Assembly: GCA_964057225.1 (NCBI GenBank)
Contig: OZ059900.1
Location: 16,058,001-16,122,000 of the forward strand
DNA from: Auanema rhodensis
Taxonomy: Eukaryota; Animalia; Nematoda
DNA length: 64,000 nt
Direction of reading: 5' to 3'
Below, one piece after another: positions 29,401-44,400 of this stretch (position 1 is the first letter of the stretch; each line of letters starts with the position of its first letter). Made by a program: the position numbers and the translations under genes. Under the pieces are notes generated by a model. The model searched no databases. It was not told the origin of the DNA and saw nothing but the letters and a program-made list of their open reading frames with translations.

Positions 29401-32400
29401 GTTTACAGCGAAATTTCCAAAAACTGGTTTTCCAGCATGATAAAATATTTCTCATGGGAAATACTGTGTTTTTGTATTTTTCTAGTGTTCAGCATGTAAA
29501 ATGCTTCATTTTAGTATGTAACACGCTGAAATTCGTTGCATTTGACGACTCATATGAACAAAAATCGATTTAATCAATATTAGCCATAAGGGGCGTGCCC
29601 TCAGAATATGCTAATTTCCTTAATTTTCTAACCCCTGTTTTTTTGTCGTGAAAGTGGAACTAGACGTTGTACGAACAATTTTGAGCTAGGTTTCATTGAC
29701 ATTGCACGAGTTTGAACACATGATATCGTAAGTCAAAACCTTGTTTACAGCGAAATTTCCAAAAACTGGTTTTCCAGCATGATAAAATATTTCTCATGGG
29801 AAATACTGTGTTTTTGTATTTTTCTAGTGTTCAGCATGTAAAATGCTTCATTTTAGTATGTAACACGCTGAAATTCGTTGCATTTGACGACTCATATGAA
29901 CAAAAATCGATTTAATCAATATTAGCCATAAGGGGCGTGCCCTCAGAATATGCTAATTTCCTTAATTTTCTAACCCCTGTTTTTTTGTCGAGAAAGTGGA
30001 ACTAGACGTTGTACGAACAATTTTGAGCTAGGTTTCATTGACATTGCATGAGTTTGAACACATGAAATCGTAAGTCAAAACCTTGTTTACAGCGAAATTT
30101 CCAAAAACTGGTTTTCCAGCATAATAAAATATTTCTCATGGGAAATACTGTGTTTTTGTATTTTTCTAGTGTTCAGCATGTAAAATGCTTCATATTAGTA
30201 TGTAACACGCTGCAATTCGTTGCATTTGACGACTCATATGAACAAAAATCGATTTAATCAATATTAGCCATAAGGGGCGTGCCCTCAGAATATGCTAATT
30301 TCCTTAATTTTCTAACCCCTGTTTTTTTGTCGTGAAAGTGGAACTAGACGTTGTACGAACAATTTTGAGCTAGGTTTCATTGACATTGCACGAGTTTGAA
30401 CACATGATATCGTAAGTCAAAACCTTGTTTACAGCGAAATTTCCAAAAACTGGTTTTCCAGCATGATAAAATATTTCTCATGGGAAATACTGTGTTTTTG
30501 TATTTTTCTAGTGTTCAGCATGTAAAATGCTTCATTTTAGTATGTAACACGCTGAAATTCGTTGCATTTGACGACTCATATGAACAAAAATCGATTTAAT
30601 CAATATTAGCCATAAGGGGCGTGCCCTCAGAATATGCTAATTTCCTTAATTTTCTAACCCCTGTTTTTTTGTCGTGAAAGTGGAACTAGACGTTGTACGA
30701 ACAATTTTGAGCTAGGTTTCATTGACATTGCACGAGTTTGAACACATGATATCGTAAGTCAAAACCTTGTTTACAGCGAAATTTCCAAAAACTGGTTTTC
30801 CAGCATGATAAAATATTTCTCATGGGAAATACTGTGTTTTTGTATTTTTCTAGTGTTCAGCATGTAAAATGCTTCATTTTAGTATGTAACACGCTGAAAT
30901 TCGTTGCATTTGACGACTCATATGAACAAAAATCGATTTAATCAATATTAGCCATAAGGGGCGTGCCCTCAGAATATGCTAATTTCCTTAATTTTCTAAC
31001 CCCTGTTTTTTTGTCGAGAAAGTGGAACTAGACGTTGTACGAACAATTTTGAGCTAGGTTTCATTGACATTGCATGAGTTTGAACACATGAAATCGTAAG
31101 TCAAAACCTTGTTTACAGCGAAATTTCCAAAAACTGGTTTTCCAGCATAATAAAATATTTCTCATGGGAAATACTGTGTTTTTGTATTTTTCTAGTGTTC
31201 AGCATGTAAAATGCTTCATATTAGTATGTAACACGCTGCAATTCGTTGCATTTGACGACTCATATGAACAAAAATCGATTTAATCAATATTAGCCATAAG
31301 GGGCGTGCCCTCAGAATATGCTAATTTCCTTAATTTTCTAACCCCTGTTTTTTTGTCGTGAAAGTGGAACTAGACGTTGTACGAACAATTTTGAGCTAGG
31401 TTTCATTGACATTGCATGAGTTTGAACACATGAAATCGTAAGTCAAAACCTTGTTTACAGCGAAATTTCCAAAAACTGGTTTTCCAGCATAATAAAATAT
31501 TTCTCATGGGAAATACTGTGTTTTTGTATTTTTCTAGTGTTCAGCATGTAAAATACTTCATTTTAGTTTGTAACACGCTGAAATTCGTTGCATTTGACGA
31601 CTCATATGAACAAAAATCGATTTAATCAATATTAGCCATAAGGGGCGTGCCCTCAGAATATGCTAATTTCCTTAATTTTCTAACCCCTGTTTTTTTGTCG
31701 TGAAAGTGGAACTAGACGTTGTACGAACAATTTTGAGCTAGGTTTCATTGACATTGCATGAGTTTGAACACATGAAATCGTAAGTCAAAACCTTGTTTAC
31801 AGCGAAATTTCCAAAAACTGGTTTTCCAGCATGATAAAATATTTCTCATGGGAAATACTGTGTTTTTGTATTTTTCTAGTGTTCAGCATGTAAAATGCTT
31901 CATTTTAGTATGTAACACGCTGAAATTCGTTGCATTTGACGACTCATATGAACAAAAATCGATTTAATCAATATTAGCCATAAGGGGCGTGCCCTCAGAA
32001 TATGCTAATTTCCTTAATTTTCTAACCCCTGTTTTTTTGTATTGAAAGTGGAACTAGACGTTGTACGAACAATTTTGAGCTAGGTTTCATTGACATTGCA
32101 TGAGTTTGAACACATGAAATCGTAAGTCAAAACCTTGTTTACAGCGAAATTTCCAAAAACTGGTTTTCCAGCATAATAAAATATTTCTCATGGGAAATAC
32201 TGTGTTTTTGTATTTTTCTAGTGTTCAGCATGTAAAATGCTTCATTTTAGTATGTAACACGCTGAAATTCGTTGCATTTGACGACTCATATGAACAAAAA
32301 TCGATTTAATCAATATTAGCCATAAGGGGCGTGCCCTCAGAATATGCTAATTTCCTTAATTTTCTAACCCCTGTTTTTTTGTCGTGAAAGTGGAACTAGA

Positions 32401-35400
32401 CGTTGTACAAACAATTTTGAGCTAGGTTTCATTGACATTGCATGAGTTTGAACACATGAAATCGTAAGTCAAAACCTTGTTTACAGCGAAATTTCCAAAA
32501 ACTGGTTTTCCAGCATAATAAAATATTTCTCATGGGAAATACTGTGTTTTTGTATTTTTCTAGTGTTCAGCATGTAAAATGCTTCATTTTAGTTTGCAAC
32601 ACGCTGAAATTCGTTGCATTTGACGACTCATATGAACAAAAATCGATTTAATCAATATTAGCCATAAGGGGCGTGCCCTCAGAATATGCTAATTTCCTTA
32701 ATTTTCTAACCCTTGTTTTTTTGTCGTGAAAGTGGAATTAGACGTTGTAGGAACAATTTTGAGCTAGGTTTCATTGACATTGCATGAGTTTGAACACATG
32801 AAATCGTAAGTCAAAACCTTGTTTACAGCGAAATTTCCAAAAACTGGTTTTCCAGCATAATAAAATATTTCTCATGGGAAATACTGTGTTTTTGTATTTT
32901 TCTAGTGTTCAGCATGTAAAATGCTTCATTTTAGTATGTAACACGCTGAAATTCGTTGCATTTGACGACTCATATGAACAAAAATCGATTTAATCAATAT
33001 TAGCCATAAGGGGCGTGCCCTCAGAATATGCTAATTTCCTTAATTTTCTAACCCCTGTTTTTTTGTCGTGAAAGTGGAACTAGACGTTGTACGAACAATT
33101 TTGAGCTAGGTTTCATTGACATTGCATGAGTTTGAACACATGAAATCGTAAGTCAAAACCTTGTTTACAGCGAAATTTCCAAAAACTGGTTTTCCAGCAT
33201 AATAAAATATTTCTCATGGGAAATACTGTGTTTTTGTATTTTTCTAGTGTTCAGCATGTAAAATGCTTCATTTTAGTATGTAACACGCTGAAATTCGTTG
33301 CATTTGACGACTCATATGAACAAAAATCGATTTAATCAATATTAGCCATAAGGGGCGTGCCCTCAGAATATGCTAATTTCCTTAATTTTCTAACCCCTGT
33401 TTTTTTGTCGTGAAAGTGGAACTAGACGTTGTACGAACAATTTTGAGCTAGGTTTCATTGACATTGCATGAGTTTGAACACATGAAATCGTAAGTCAAAA
33501 CCTTGTTTACAGCGAAATTTCCAAAAACTGGTTTTCCAGCATAATAAAATATTTCTCATGGGGAATACTGTGTTTTTGTATTTTTCTAGTGTTCAGCATG
33601 TAAAATGCTTCATTTTAGTATGTAACACGCTGAAATTCGTTGCATTTGACGACTCATATGAACAAAAATCGATTTAATCAATATTAGCCATGAGGGGCGT
33701 GCCCTCAGAATATGCTAATTTCCTTAATTTTCTAACCCCTGTTTTTTTGTCGTGAAAGTGGAACTAGACGTTGTACGAACAATTTTGAGCTAGGTTTCAT
33801 TGACATTGCATGAGTTTGAACACATGAAATCGTAAGTCAAAACCTTGTTTACAGCGAAATTTCCAAAAACTGGTTTTCCAGCATAATAAAATATTTCTCA
33901 TGGGAAATACTGTGTTTTTGTATTTTTCTAGTGTTCAGCATGTAAAATGCTTCATTTTAGTTTGTAACACGCTGAAATTCGTTGCATTTGACGACTCATA
34001 TGAACAAAAATCGATTTAATCAATATTAGCCATAAGGGGCGTGCCCTCAGAATATGCTAATTTCCTTAATTTTCTAACCCCTGTTTTTTTGTCGTGAAAG
34101 TGGAACTAGACGTTGTACGAACAATTTTGAGCTAGGTTTCATTGACATTGCATGAGTTTGAACACATGAAATCGTAAGTCAAAACCTTGTTTACAGCGAA
34201 ATTTCCAAAAACTGGTTTTCCAGCATAATAAAATATTTCTCATGGGGAATACTGTGTTTTTGTATTTTTCTAGTGTTCAGCATGTAAAATGCTTCATTTT
34301 AGTATGTAACACGCTGAAATTCGTTGCATTTGACGACTCATATGAACAAAAATCGATTTAATCAATATTAGCCATGAGGGGCGTGCCCTCAGAATATGCT
34401 AATTTCCTTAATTTTCTAACCCCTGTTTTTTTGTCGTGAAAGTGGAACTAGACGTTGTACGAACAATTTTGAGCTAGGTTTCATTGACATTGCATGAGTT
34501 TGAACACATGAAATCGTAAGTCAAAACCTTGTTTACAGCGAAATTTCCAAAAACTGGTTTTCCAGCATAATAAAATATTTCTCATGGGAAACACTGTGTT
34601 TTTGTATTTTTCTAGTGTTCAGCATGTAAAATGCTTCATTTTAGTTTGTAACACGCTGAAATTCGTTGCATTTGACGACTCATATGAACAAAAATCGATT
34701 TAATCAATATTAGCCATAAGGGGCGTGCCCTCAGAATATGCTAATTTCCTTAATTTTCTAACCCCTGTTTTTTTGTCGTGAAAGTGGAACTAGACGTTGT
34801 ACGAACAATTTTGAGCTAGGTTTCATTGACATTGCATGAGTTTGAACACATGAAATCGTAAGTCAAAACCTTGTTTACAGCGAAATTTCCAAAAACTGGT
34901 TTTCCAGCATAATAAAATATTTCTCATGGGAAATACTGTGTTTTTGTATTTTTCTAGTGTTCAGCATGTAAAATGCTTCATTTTAGTATGTAACACGCTG
35001 AAATTCGTTGCATTTGACGACTCATATGAACAAAAATCGATTTAATCAATATTAGCCATAAGGGGCGTGCCCTCAGAATATGCTAATTTCCTTAATTTTC
35101 TAACCCCTGTTTTTTTGTTGTGAAAGTGGAACTAGACGTTGTACGAACAATTTTGAGCTAGGTTTCATTGACATTGCATGAGTTTGAACACATGAAATCG
35201 TAAGTCAAAACCTTGTTTACAGCGAAATTTCCAAAAACTGGTTTTCCAGCATAATAAAATATTTCTCATGGGAAATACTGTGTTTTTGTATTTTTCTAGT
35301 GTTCAGCATGTAAAATGCTTCATTTTAGTATGTAACACGCTGAAATTCGTTGCATTTGACGACTCATATGAACAAAAATCGATTTAATCAATATTAGCCA

Positions 35401-38400
35401 TAAGGGGCGTGCCCTCAGAATATGCTAATTTCCTTAATTTTCTAACCCCTGTTTTTTTGTCGTGAAAGTGGAACTAGACGTTGTACGAACAATTTTGAGC
35501 TAGGTTTCATTGACATTGCATGAGTTTGAACACATGAAATCGTAAGTCAAAACCTTGTTTACAGCGAAATTTCCAAAAACTGGTTTTCCAGCATAATAAA
35601 ATATTTCTCATGGGGAATACTGTGTTTTTGTATTTTTCTAGTGTTCAGCATGTAAAATGCTTCATTTTAGTATGTAACACGCTGAAATTCGTTGCATTTG
35701 ACGACTCATATGAACAAAAATCGATTTAATCAATATTAGCCATGAGGGGCGTGCCCTCAGAATATGCTAATTTCCTTAATTTTCTAACCCCTGTTTTTTT
35801 GTCGTGAAAGTGGAACTAGACGTTGTACGAACAATTTTGAGCTAGGTTTCATTGACATTGCATGAGTTTGAACACATGAAATCGTAAGTCAAAACCTTGT
35901 TTACAGCGAAATTTCCAAAAACTGGTTTTCCAGCATAATAAAATATTTCTCATGGGAAACACTGTGTTTTTGTATTTTTCTAGTGTTCAGCATGTAAAAT
36001 GCTTCATTTTAGTTTGTAACACGCTGAAATTCGTTGCATTTGACGACTCATATGAACAAAAATCGATTTAATCAATATTAGCCATAAGGGGCGTGCCCTC
36101 AGAATATGCTAATTTCCTTAATTTTCTAACCCCTGTTTTTTTGTCGTGAAAGTGGAACTAGACGTTGTACGAACAATTTTGAGCTAGGTTTCATTGACAT
36201 TGCATGAGTTTGAACACATGAAATCGTAAGTCAAAACCTTGTTTACAGCGAAATTTCCAAAAACTGGTTTTCCAGCATAATAAAATATTTCTCATTTGAA
36301 ATACTGTGTTTTTGTATTTTTCTAGTGTTCAGCATGTAAAATGCTTCATTTTAGTATGTAACACGCTGAAATTCGTTGCATTTGACGACTCATATGAACA
36401 AAAATCGATTTAATCAATATTAGCCATAAGGGGCGTGCCCTCAGAATATGCTAATTTCCTTAATTTTCTAACCCCTGTTTTTTTGTCGTGAAAGTGGAAC
36501 TAGACGTTGTACGAACAATTTTGAGCTAGGTTTCATTGACATTGCATGAGTTTGAACACATGAAATCGTAAGTCAAAACCTTGTTTACAGCGAAATTTCC
36601 AAAAACTGGTTTTCCAGCATAATAAAATATTTCTCATGGGAAATACTGTGTTTTTGTATTTTTCTAGTGTTCAGCATGTAAAATGCTTCATTTTAGTATG
36701 TAACACGCTGAAATTCGTTGCATTTGACGACTCATATGAACAAAAATCGATTTAATCAATATTAGCCATAAGGGGCGTGCCCTCAGAATATGCTAATTTC
36801 CTTAATTTTCTAACCCCTGTTTTTTTGTCGTGAAAGTGGAACTAGACGTTGTACGAACATTTTTGAGCTAGGTTTCATTGACATTGCATGAGTTTGAACA
36901 CATGAAATCGTAAGTCAAAACCTTGTTTACAGCGAAATTTCCAAAAACTGGTTTTCCAGCATAATAAAATATTTCTCATGGGGAATACTGTGTTTTTGTA
37001 TTTTTCTAGTGTTCAGCATGTAAAATGCTTCATTTTAGTTTGTAACACGCTGAAATTCGTTGCATTTGACGACTCATATGAACAAAAATCGATTTAATCA
37101 ATATTAGCCATAAGGGGCGTGCCCTCAGAATATGCTAATTTCCTTAATTTTCTAACCCCTGTTTTTTTGTCGTGAAAGTGGAACTAGACGTTGTACGAAC
37201 AATTTTGAGCTAGGTTTCATTGACATTGCATGAGTTTGAACACATGAAATCGTAAGTCAAAACCTTGTTTACAGCGAAATTTCCAAAAACTGGTTTTCCA
37301 GCATAATAAAATATTTCTCATTTGAAATACTGTGTTTTTGTATTTTTCTAGTGTTCAGCATGTAAAATGCTTCATTTTAGTATGTAACACGCTGAAATTC
37401 GTTGCATTTGACGACTCATATGAACAAAAATCGATTTAATCAATATTAGCCATAAGGGGCGTGCCCTCAGAATATGCTAATTTCCTTAATTTTCTAACCC
37501 CTGTTTTTTTGTCGTGAAAGTGGAACTAGACGTTGTACGAACAATTTTGAGCTAGGTTTCATTGACATTGCATGAGTTTGAACACATGAAATCGTAAGTC
37601 AAAACCTTGTTTACAGCGAAATTTCCAAAAACTGGTTTTCCAGCATAATAAAATATTTCTCATGGGAAATACTGTGTTTTTGTATTTTTCTAGTGTTCAG
37701 CATGTAAAATGCTTCATTTTAGTATGTAACACGCTGAAATTCGTTGCATTTGACGACTCATATGAACAAAAATCGATTTAATCAATATTAGCCATAAGGG
37801 GCGTGCCCTCAGAATATGCTAATTTCCTTAATTTTCTAACCCCTGTTTTTTTGTCGTGAAAGTGGAACTAGACGTTGTACGAACAATTTTGAGCTAGGTT
37901 TCATTGACATTGCATGAGTTTGAACACATGAAATCGTAAGTCAAAACCTTGTTTACAGCGAAATTTCCAAAAACTGGTTTTCCAGCATAATAAAATATTT
38001 CTCATGGGAAATACTGTGTTTTTGTATTTTTCTAGTGTTCAGCATGTAAAATGCTTCATTTTAGTATGTAACACGCTGAAATTCGTTGCATTTGACGACT
38101 CATATGAACAAAAATCGATTTAATCAATATTAGCCATAAGGGGCGTGCCCTCAGAATATGCTAATTTCCTTAATTTTCTAACCCCTGTTTTTTTGTCGTG
38201 AAAGTGGAACTAGACGTTGTACGAACAATTTTGAGCTAGGTTTCATTGACATTGCATGAGTTTGAACACATGAAATCGTAAGTCAAAACCTTGTTTACAG
38301 CGAAATTTCCAAAAACTGGTTTTCCAGCATAATAAAATATTTCTCATGGGGAATACTGTGTTTTTGTATTTTTCTAGTGTTCAGCATGTAAAATGCTTCA

Positions 38401-41400
38401 TTTTAGTATGTAACACGCTGAAATTCGTTGCATTTGACGACTCATATGAACAAAAATCGATTTAATCAATATTAGCCATAAGGGGCGTGCCCTCAGAATA
38501 TGCTAATTTCCTTAATTTTCTAACCCCTGTTTTTTTGTCGTGAAAGTGGAACTAGACGTTGTACGAACAATTTTGAGCTAGGTTTCATTGACATTGCATG
38601 AGTTTGAACACATGAAATCGTAAGTCAAAACCTTGTTTACAGCGAAATTTCCAAAAACTGGTTTTCCAGCATAATAAAATATTTCTCATGGGAAATACTG
38701 TGTTTTTGTATTTTTCTAGTGTTCAGCATGTAAAATGCTTCATTTTAGTATGTAACACGCTGAAATTCGTTGCATTTGACGACTCATATGAACAAAAATC
38801 GATTTAATCAATATTAGCCATGAGGGGCGTGCCCTCAGAATATGCTAATTTCCTTAATTTTCTAACCCCTGTTTTTTTGTCGTGAAAGTGGAACTAGACG
38901 TTGTACGAACAATTTTGAGCTAGGTTTCATTGACATTGCATGAGTTTGAACACATGAAATCGTAAGTCAAAACCTTGTTTACAGCGAAATTTCCAAAAAC
39001 TGGTTTTCCAGCATAATAAAATATTTCTCATTTGAAATACTGTGTTTTTGTATTTTTCTAGTGTTCAGCATGTAAAATGCTTCATTTTAGTATGTAACAC
39101 GCTGAAATTCGTTGCATTTGACGACTCATATGAACAAAAATCGATTTAATCAATATTAGCCATAAGGGGCGTGCCCTCAGAATATGCTAATTTCCTTAAT
39201 TTTCTAACCCCTGTTTTTTTGTCGTGAAAGTGGAACTAGACGTTGTACGAACAATTTTGAGCTAGGTTTCATTGACATTGCATGAGTTTGAACACATGAA
39301 ATCGTAAGTCAAAACCTTGTTTACAGCGAAATTTCCAAAAACTGGTTTTCCAGCATAATAAAATATTTCTCATGGGAAATACTGTGTTTTTGTATTTTTC
39401 TAGTGTTCAGCATGTAAAATGCTTCATTTTAGTATGTAACACGCTGAAATTCGTTGCATTTGACGACTCATATGAACAAAAATCGATTTAATCAATATTA
39501 GCCATAAGGGGCGTGCCCTCAGAATATGCTAATTTCCTTAATTTTCTAACCCCTGTTTTTTTGTCGTGAAAGTGGAACTAGACGTTGTACGAACAATTTT
39601 GAGCTAGGTTTCATTGACATTGCATGAGTTTGAACACATGAAATCGTAAGTCAAAACCTTGTTTACAGCGAAATTTCCAAAAACTGGTTTTCCAGCATAA
39701 TAAAATATTTCTCATGGGGAATACTGTGTTTTTGTATTTTTCTAGTGTTCAGCATGTAAAATGCTTCATTTTAGTTTGTAACACGCTGAAATTCGTTGCA
39801 TTTGACGACTCATATGAACAAAAATCGATTTAATCAATATTAGCCATAAGGGGCGTGCCCTCAGAATATGCTAATTTCCTTAATTTTCTAACACCTGTTT
39901 TTTTGTCGTGAAAGTGGAACTAGACGTTGTACGAACAATTTTGAGCTAGGTTTCATTGACATTGCATGAGTTTGAACACATGAAATCGTAAGTCAAAACC
40001 TTGTTTACAGCGAACTTTCCAAAAACTGGTTTTCCAGCATAATAAAATATTTCTCATTTGAAATACTGTGTTTTTGTATTTTTCTAGTGTTCAGCATGTA
40101 AAATGCTTCATTTTAGTATGTAACACGCTGAAATTCGTTGCATTTGACGACTCATATGAACAAAAATCGATTTAATCAATATTAGCCATAAGGGGCGTGC
40201 CCTCAGAATATGCTAATTTCCTTAATTTTCTAACCCCTGTTTTTTTGTCGTGAAAGTGGAACTAGACGTTGTACGAACAATTTTGAGCTAGGTTTCATTG
40301 ACATTGCATGAGTTTGAACACATGAAATCGTAAGTCAAAACCTTGTTTACAGCGAAATTTCCAAAAACTGGTTTTCCAGCATAATAAAATATTTCTCATG
40401 GGAAATACTGTGTTTTTGTATTTTTCTAGTGTTCAGCATGTAAAATGCTTCATTTTAGTATGTAACACGCTGAAATTCGTTGCATTTGACGACTCATATG
40501 AACAAAAATCGATTTAATCAATATTAGCCATAAGGGGCGTGCCCTCAGAATATGCTAATTTCCTTAATTTTCTAACCCCTGTTTTTTTGTCGTGAAAGTG
40601 GAACTAGACGTTGTACGAACAATTTTGAGCTAGGTTTCATTGACATTGCATGAGTTTGAACACATGAAATCGTAAGTCAAAACCTTGTTTACAGCGAAAT
40701 TTCCAAAAACTGGTTTTCCAGCATAATAAAATATTTCTCATGGGGAATACTGTGTTTTTGTATTTTTCTAGTGTTCAGCATGTAAAATGCTTCATTTTAG
40801 TATGTAACACGCTGAAATTCGTTGCATTTGACGACTCATATGAACAAAAATCGATTTAATCAATATTAGTCATAAGGGGCGTGCCCTCAGAATATGCTAA
40901 TTTCCTTAATTTTCTAACCCCTGTTTTTTTGTCGTGAAAGTGGAACTAGACGTTGTACGAACAATTTTGAGCTAGGTTTCATTGACATTGCATGAGTTTG
41001 AACACATGAAATCGTAAGTCAAAACCTTGTTTACAGCGAAATTTCCAAAAACTGGTTTTCCAGCATAATAAAATATTTCTCATGGGAAACACTGTGTTTT
41101 TGTATTTTTCTAGTGTTCAGCATGTAAAATGCTTCATTTTAGTTTGTAACACGCTGAAATTCGTTGCATTTGACGACTCATATGAACAAAAATCGATTTA
41201 ATCAATATTAGCCATAAGGGGCGTGCCCTCAGAATATGCTAATTTCCTTAATTTTCTAACCCCTGTTTTTTTGTCGTGAAAGTGGAACTAGACGTTGTAC
41301 AAACAATTTTGAGCTAGGTTTCATTGACATTGCATGAGTTTGAACACATGAAATCGTAAGTCAAAACCTTGTTTACAGCGAAATTTCCAAAAACTGGTTT

Positions 41401-44400
41401 TCCAGCATGATAAAATATTTCTCATGGGAAATACTGTGTTTTTGTATTTTTCTAGTGTTCAGCATGTAAAATGCTTCATTTTAGTATGTAACACGCTGAA
41501 ATTCGTTGCATTTGACGACTCATATGAACAAAAATCGATTTAATCAATATTAGCCATAAGGGGCGTGCCCTCAGAATATGCTAATTTCCTTAATTTTCTA
41601 ACCCCTGTTTTTTTGTCGTGAAAGTGGAACTAGACGTTGTACGAACAATTTTGAGCTAGGTTTCATTGACATTGCACGAGTTTGAACACATGATATCGTA
41701 AGTCAAAACCTTGTTTACAGCGAAATTTCCAAAAACTGGTTTTCCAGCATGATAAAATATTTCTCATGGGAAATACTGTGTTTTTGTATTTTTCTAGTGT
41801 TCAGCATGTAAAATGCTTCATTTTAGTATGTAACACGCTGAAATTCGTTGCATTTGACGACTCATATGAACAAAAATCGATTTAATCAATATTAGCCATA
41901 AGGGGCGTGCCCTCAGAATATGCTAATTTCCTTAATTTTCTAACCCCTGTTTTTTTGTCGTGAAAGTGGAACTAGACGTTGTACGAACAATTTTGAGCTA
42001 GGTTTCATTGACATTGCACGAGTTTGAACACATGATATCGTAAGTCAAAACCTTGTTTACAGCGAAATTTCCAAAAACTGGTTTTCCAGCATGATAAAAT
42101 ATTTCTCATGGGAAATACTGTGTTTTTGTATTTTTCTAGTGTTCAGCATGTAAAATGCTTCATTTTAGTATGTAACACGCTGAAATTCGTTGCATTTGAC
42201 GACTCATATGAACAAAAATCGATTTAATCAATATTAGCCATAAGGGGCGTGCCCTCAGAATATGCTAATTTCCTTAATTTTCTAACCCCTGTTTTTTTGT
42301 CGAGAAAGTGGAACTAGACGTTGTACGAACAATTTTGAGCTAGGTTTCATTGACATTGCATGAGTTTGAACACATGAAATCGTAAGTCAAAACCTTGTTT
42401 ACAGCGAAATTTCCAAAAACTGGTTTTCCAGCATAATAAAATATTTCTCATGGGAAATACTGTGTTTTTGTATTTTTCTAGTGTTCAGCATGTAAAATGC
42501 TTCATATTAGTATGTAACACGCTGCAATTCGTTGCATTTGACGACTCATATGAACAAAAATCGATTTAATCAATATTAGCCATAAGGGGCGTGCCCTCAG
42601 AATATGCTAATTTCCTTAATTTTCTAACCCCTGTTTTTTTGTCGTGAAAGTGGAACTAGACGTTGTACGAACAATTTTGAGCTAGGTTTCATTGACATTG
42701 CACGAGTTTGAACACATGATATCGTAAGTCAAAACCTTGTTTACAGCGAAATTTCCAAAAACTGGTTTTCCAGCATGATAAAATATTTCTCATGGGAAAT
42801 ACTGTGTTTTTGTATTTTTCTAGTGTTCAGCATGTAAAATGCTTCATTTTAGTATGTAACACGCTGAAATTCGTTGCATTTGACGACTCATATGAACAAA
42901 AATCGATTTAATCAATATTAGCCATAAGGGGCGTGCCCTCAGAATATGCTAATTTCCTTAATTTTCTAACCCCTGTTTTTTTGTCGTGAAAGTGGAACTA
43001 GACGTTGTACGAACAATTTTGAGCTAGGTTTCATTGACATTGCACGAGTTTGAACACATGATATCGTAAGTCAAAACCTTGTTTACAGCGAAATTTCCAA
43101 AAACTGGTTTTCCAGCATGATAAAATATTTCTCATGGGAAATACTGTGTTTTTGTATTTTTCTAGTGTTCAGCATGTAAAATGCTTCATTTTAGTATGTA
43201 ACACGCTGAAATTCGTTGCATTTGACGACTCATATGAACAAAAATCGATTTAATCAATATTAGCCATAAGGGGCGTGCCCTCAGAATATGCTAATTTCCT
43301 TAATTTTCTAACCCCTGTTTTTTTGTCGAGAAAGTGGAACTAGACGTTGTACGAACAATTTTGAGCTAGGTTTCATTGACATTGCATGAGTTTGAACACA
43401 TGAAATCGTAAGTCAAAACCTTGTTTACAGCGAAATTTCCAAAAACTGGTTTTCCAGCATAATAAAATATTTCTCATGGGAAATACTGTGTTTTTGTATT
43501 TTTCTAGTGTTCAGCATGTAAAATGCTTCATATTAGTATGTAACACGCTGCAATTCGTTGCATTTGACGACTCATATGAACAAAAATCGATTTAATCAAT
43601 ATTAGCCATAAGGGGCGTGCCCTCAGAATATGCTAATTTCCTTAATTTTCTAACCCCTGTTTTTTTGTCGTGAAAGTGGAACTAGACGTTGTACGAACAA
43701 TTTTGAGCTAGGTTTCATTGACATTGCATGAGTTTGAACACATGAAATCGTAAGTCAAAACCTTGTTTACAGCGAAATTTCCAAAAACTGGTTTTCCAGC
43801 ATAATAAAATATTTCTCATGGGAAATACTGTGTTTTTGTATTTTTCTAGTGTTCAGCATGTAAAATACTTCATTTTAGTTTGTAACACGCTGAAATTCGT
43901 TGCATTTGACGACTCATATGAACAAAAATCGATTTAATCAATATTAGCCATAAGGGGCGTGCCCTCAGAATATGCTAATTTCCTTAATTTTCTAACCCCT
44001 GTTTTTTTGTCGTGAAAGTGGAACTAGACGTTGTACGAACAATTTTGAGCTAGGTTTCATTGACATTGCATGAGTTTGAACACATGAAATCGTAAGTCAA
44101 AACCTTGTTTACAGCGAAATTTCCAAAAACTGGTTTTCCAGCATGATAAAATATTTCTCATGGGAAATACTGTGTTTTTGTATTTTTCTAGTGTTCAGCA
44201 TGTAAAATGCTTCATTTTAGTATGTAACACGCTGAAATTCGTTGCATTTGACGACTCATATGAACAAAAATCGATTTAATCAATATTAGCCATAAGGGGC
44301 GTGCCCTCAGAATATGCTAATTTCCTTAATTTTCTAACCCCTGTTTTTTTGTATTGAAAGTGGAACTAGACGTTGTACGAACAATTTTGAGCTAGGTTTC

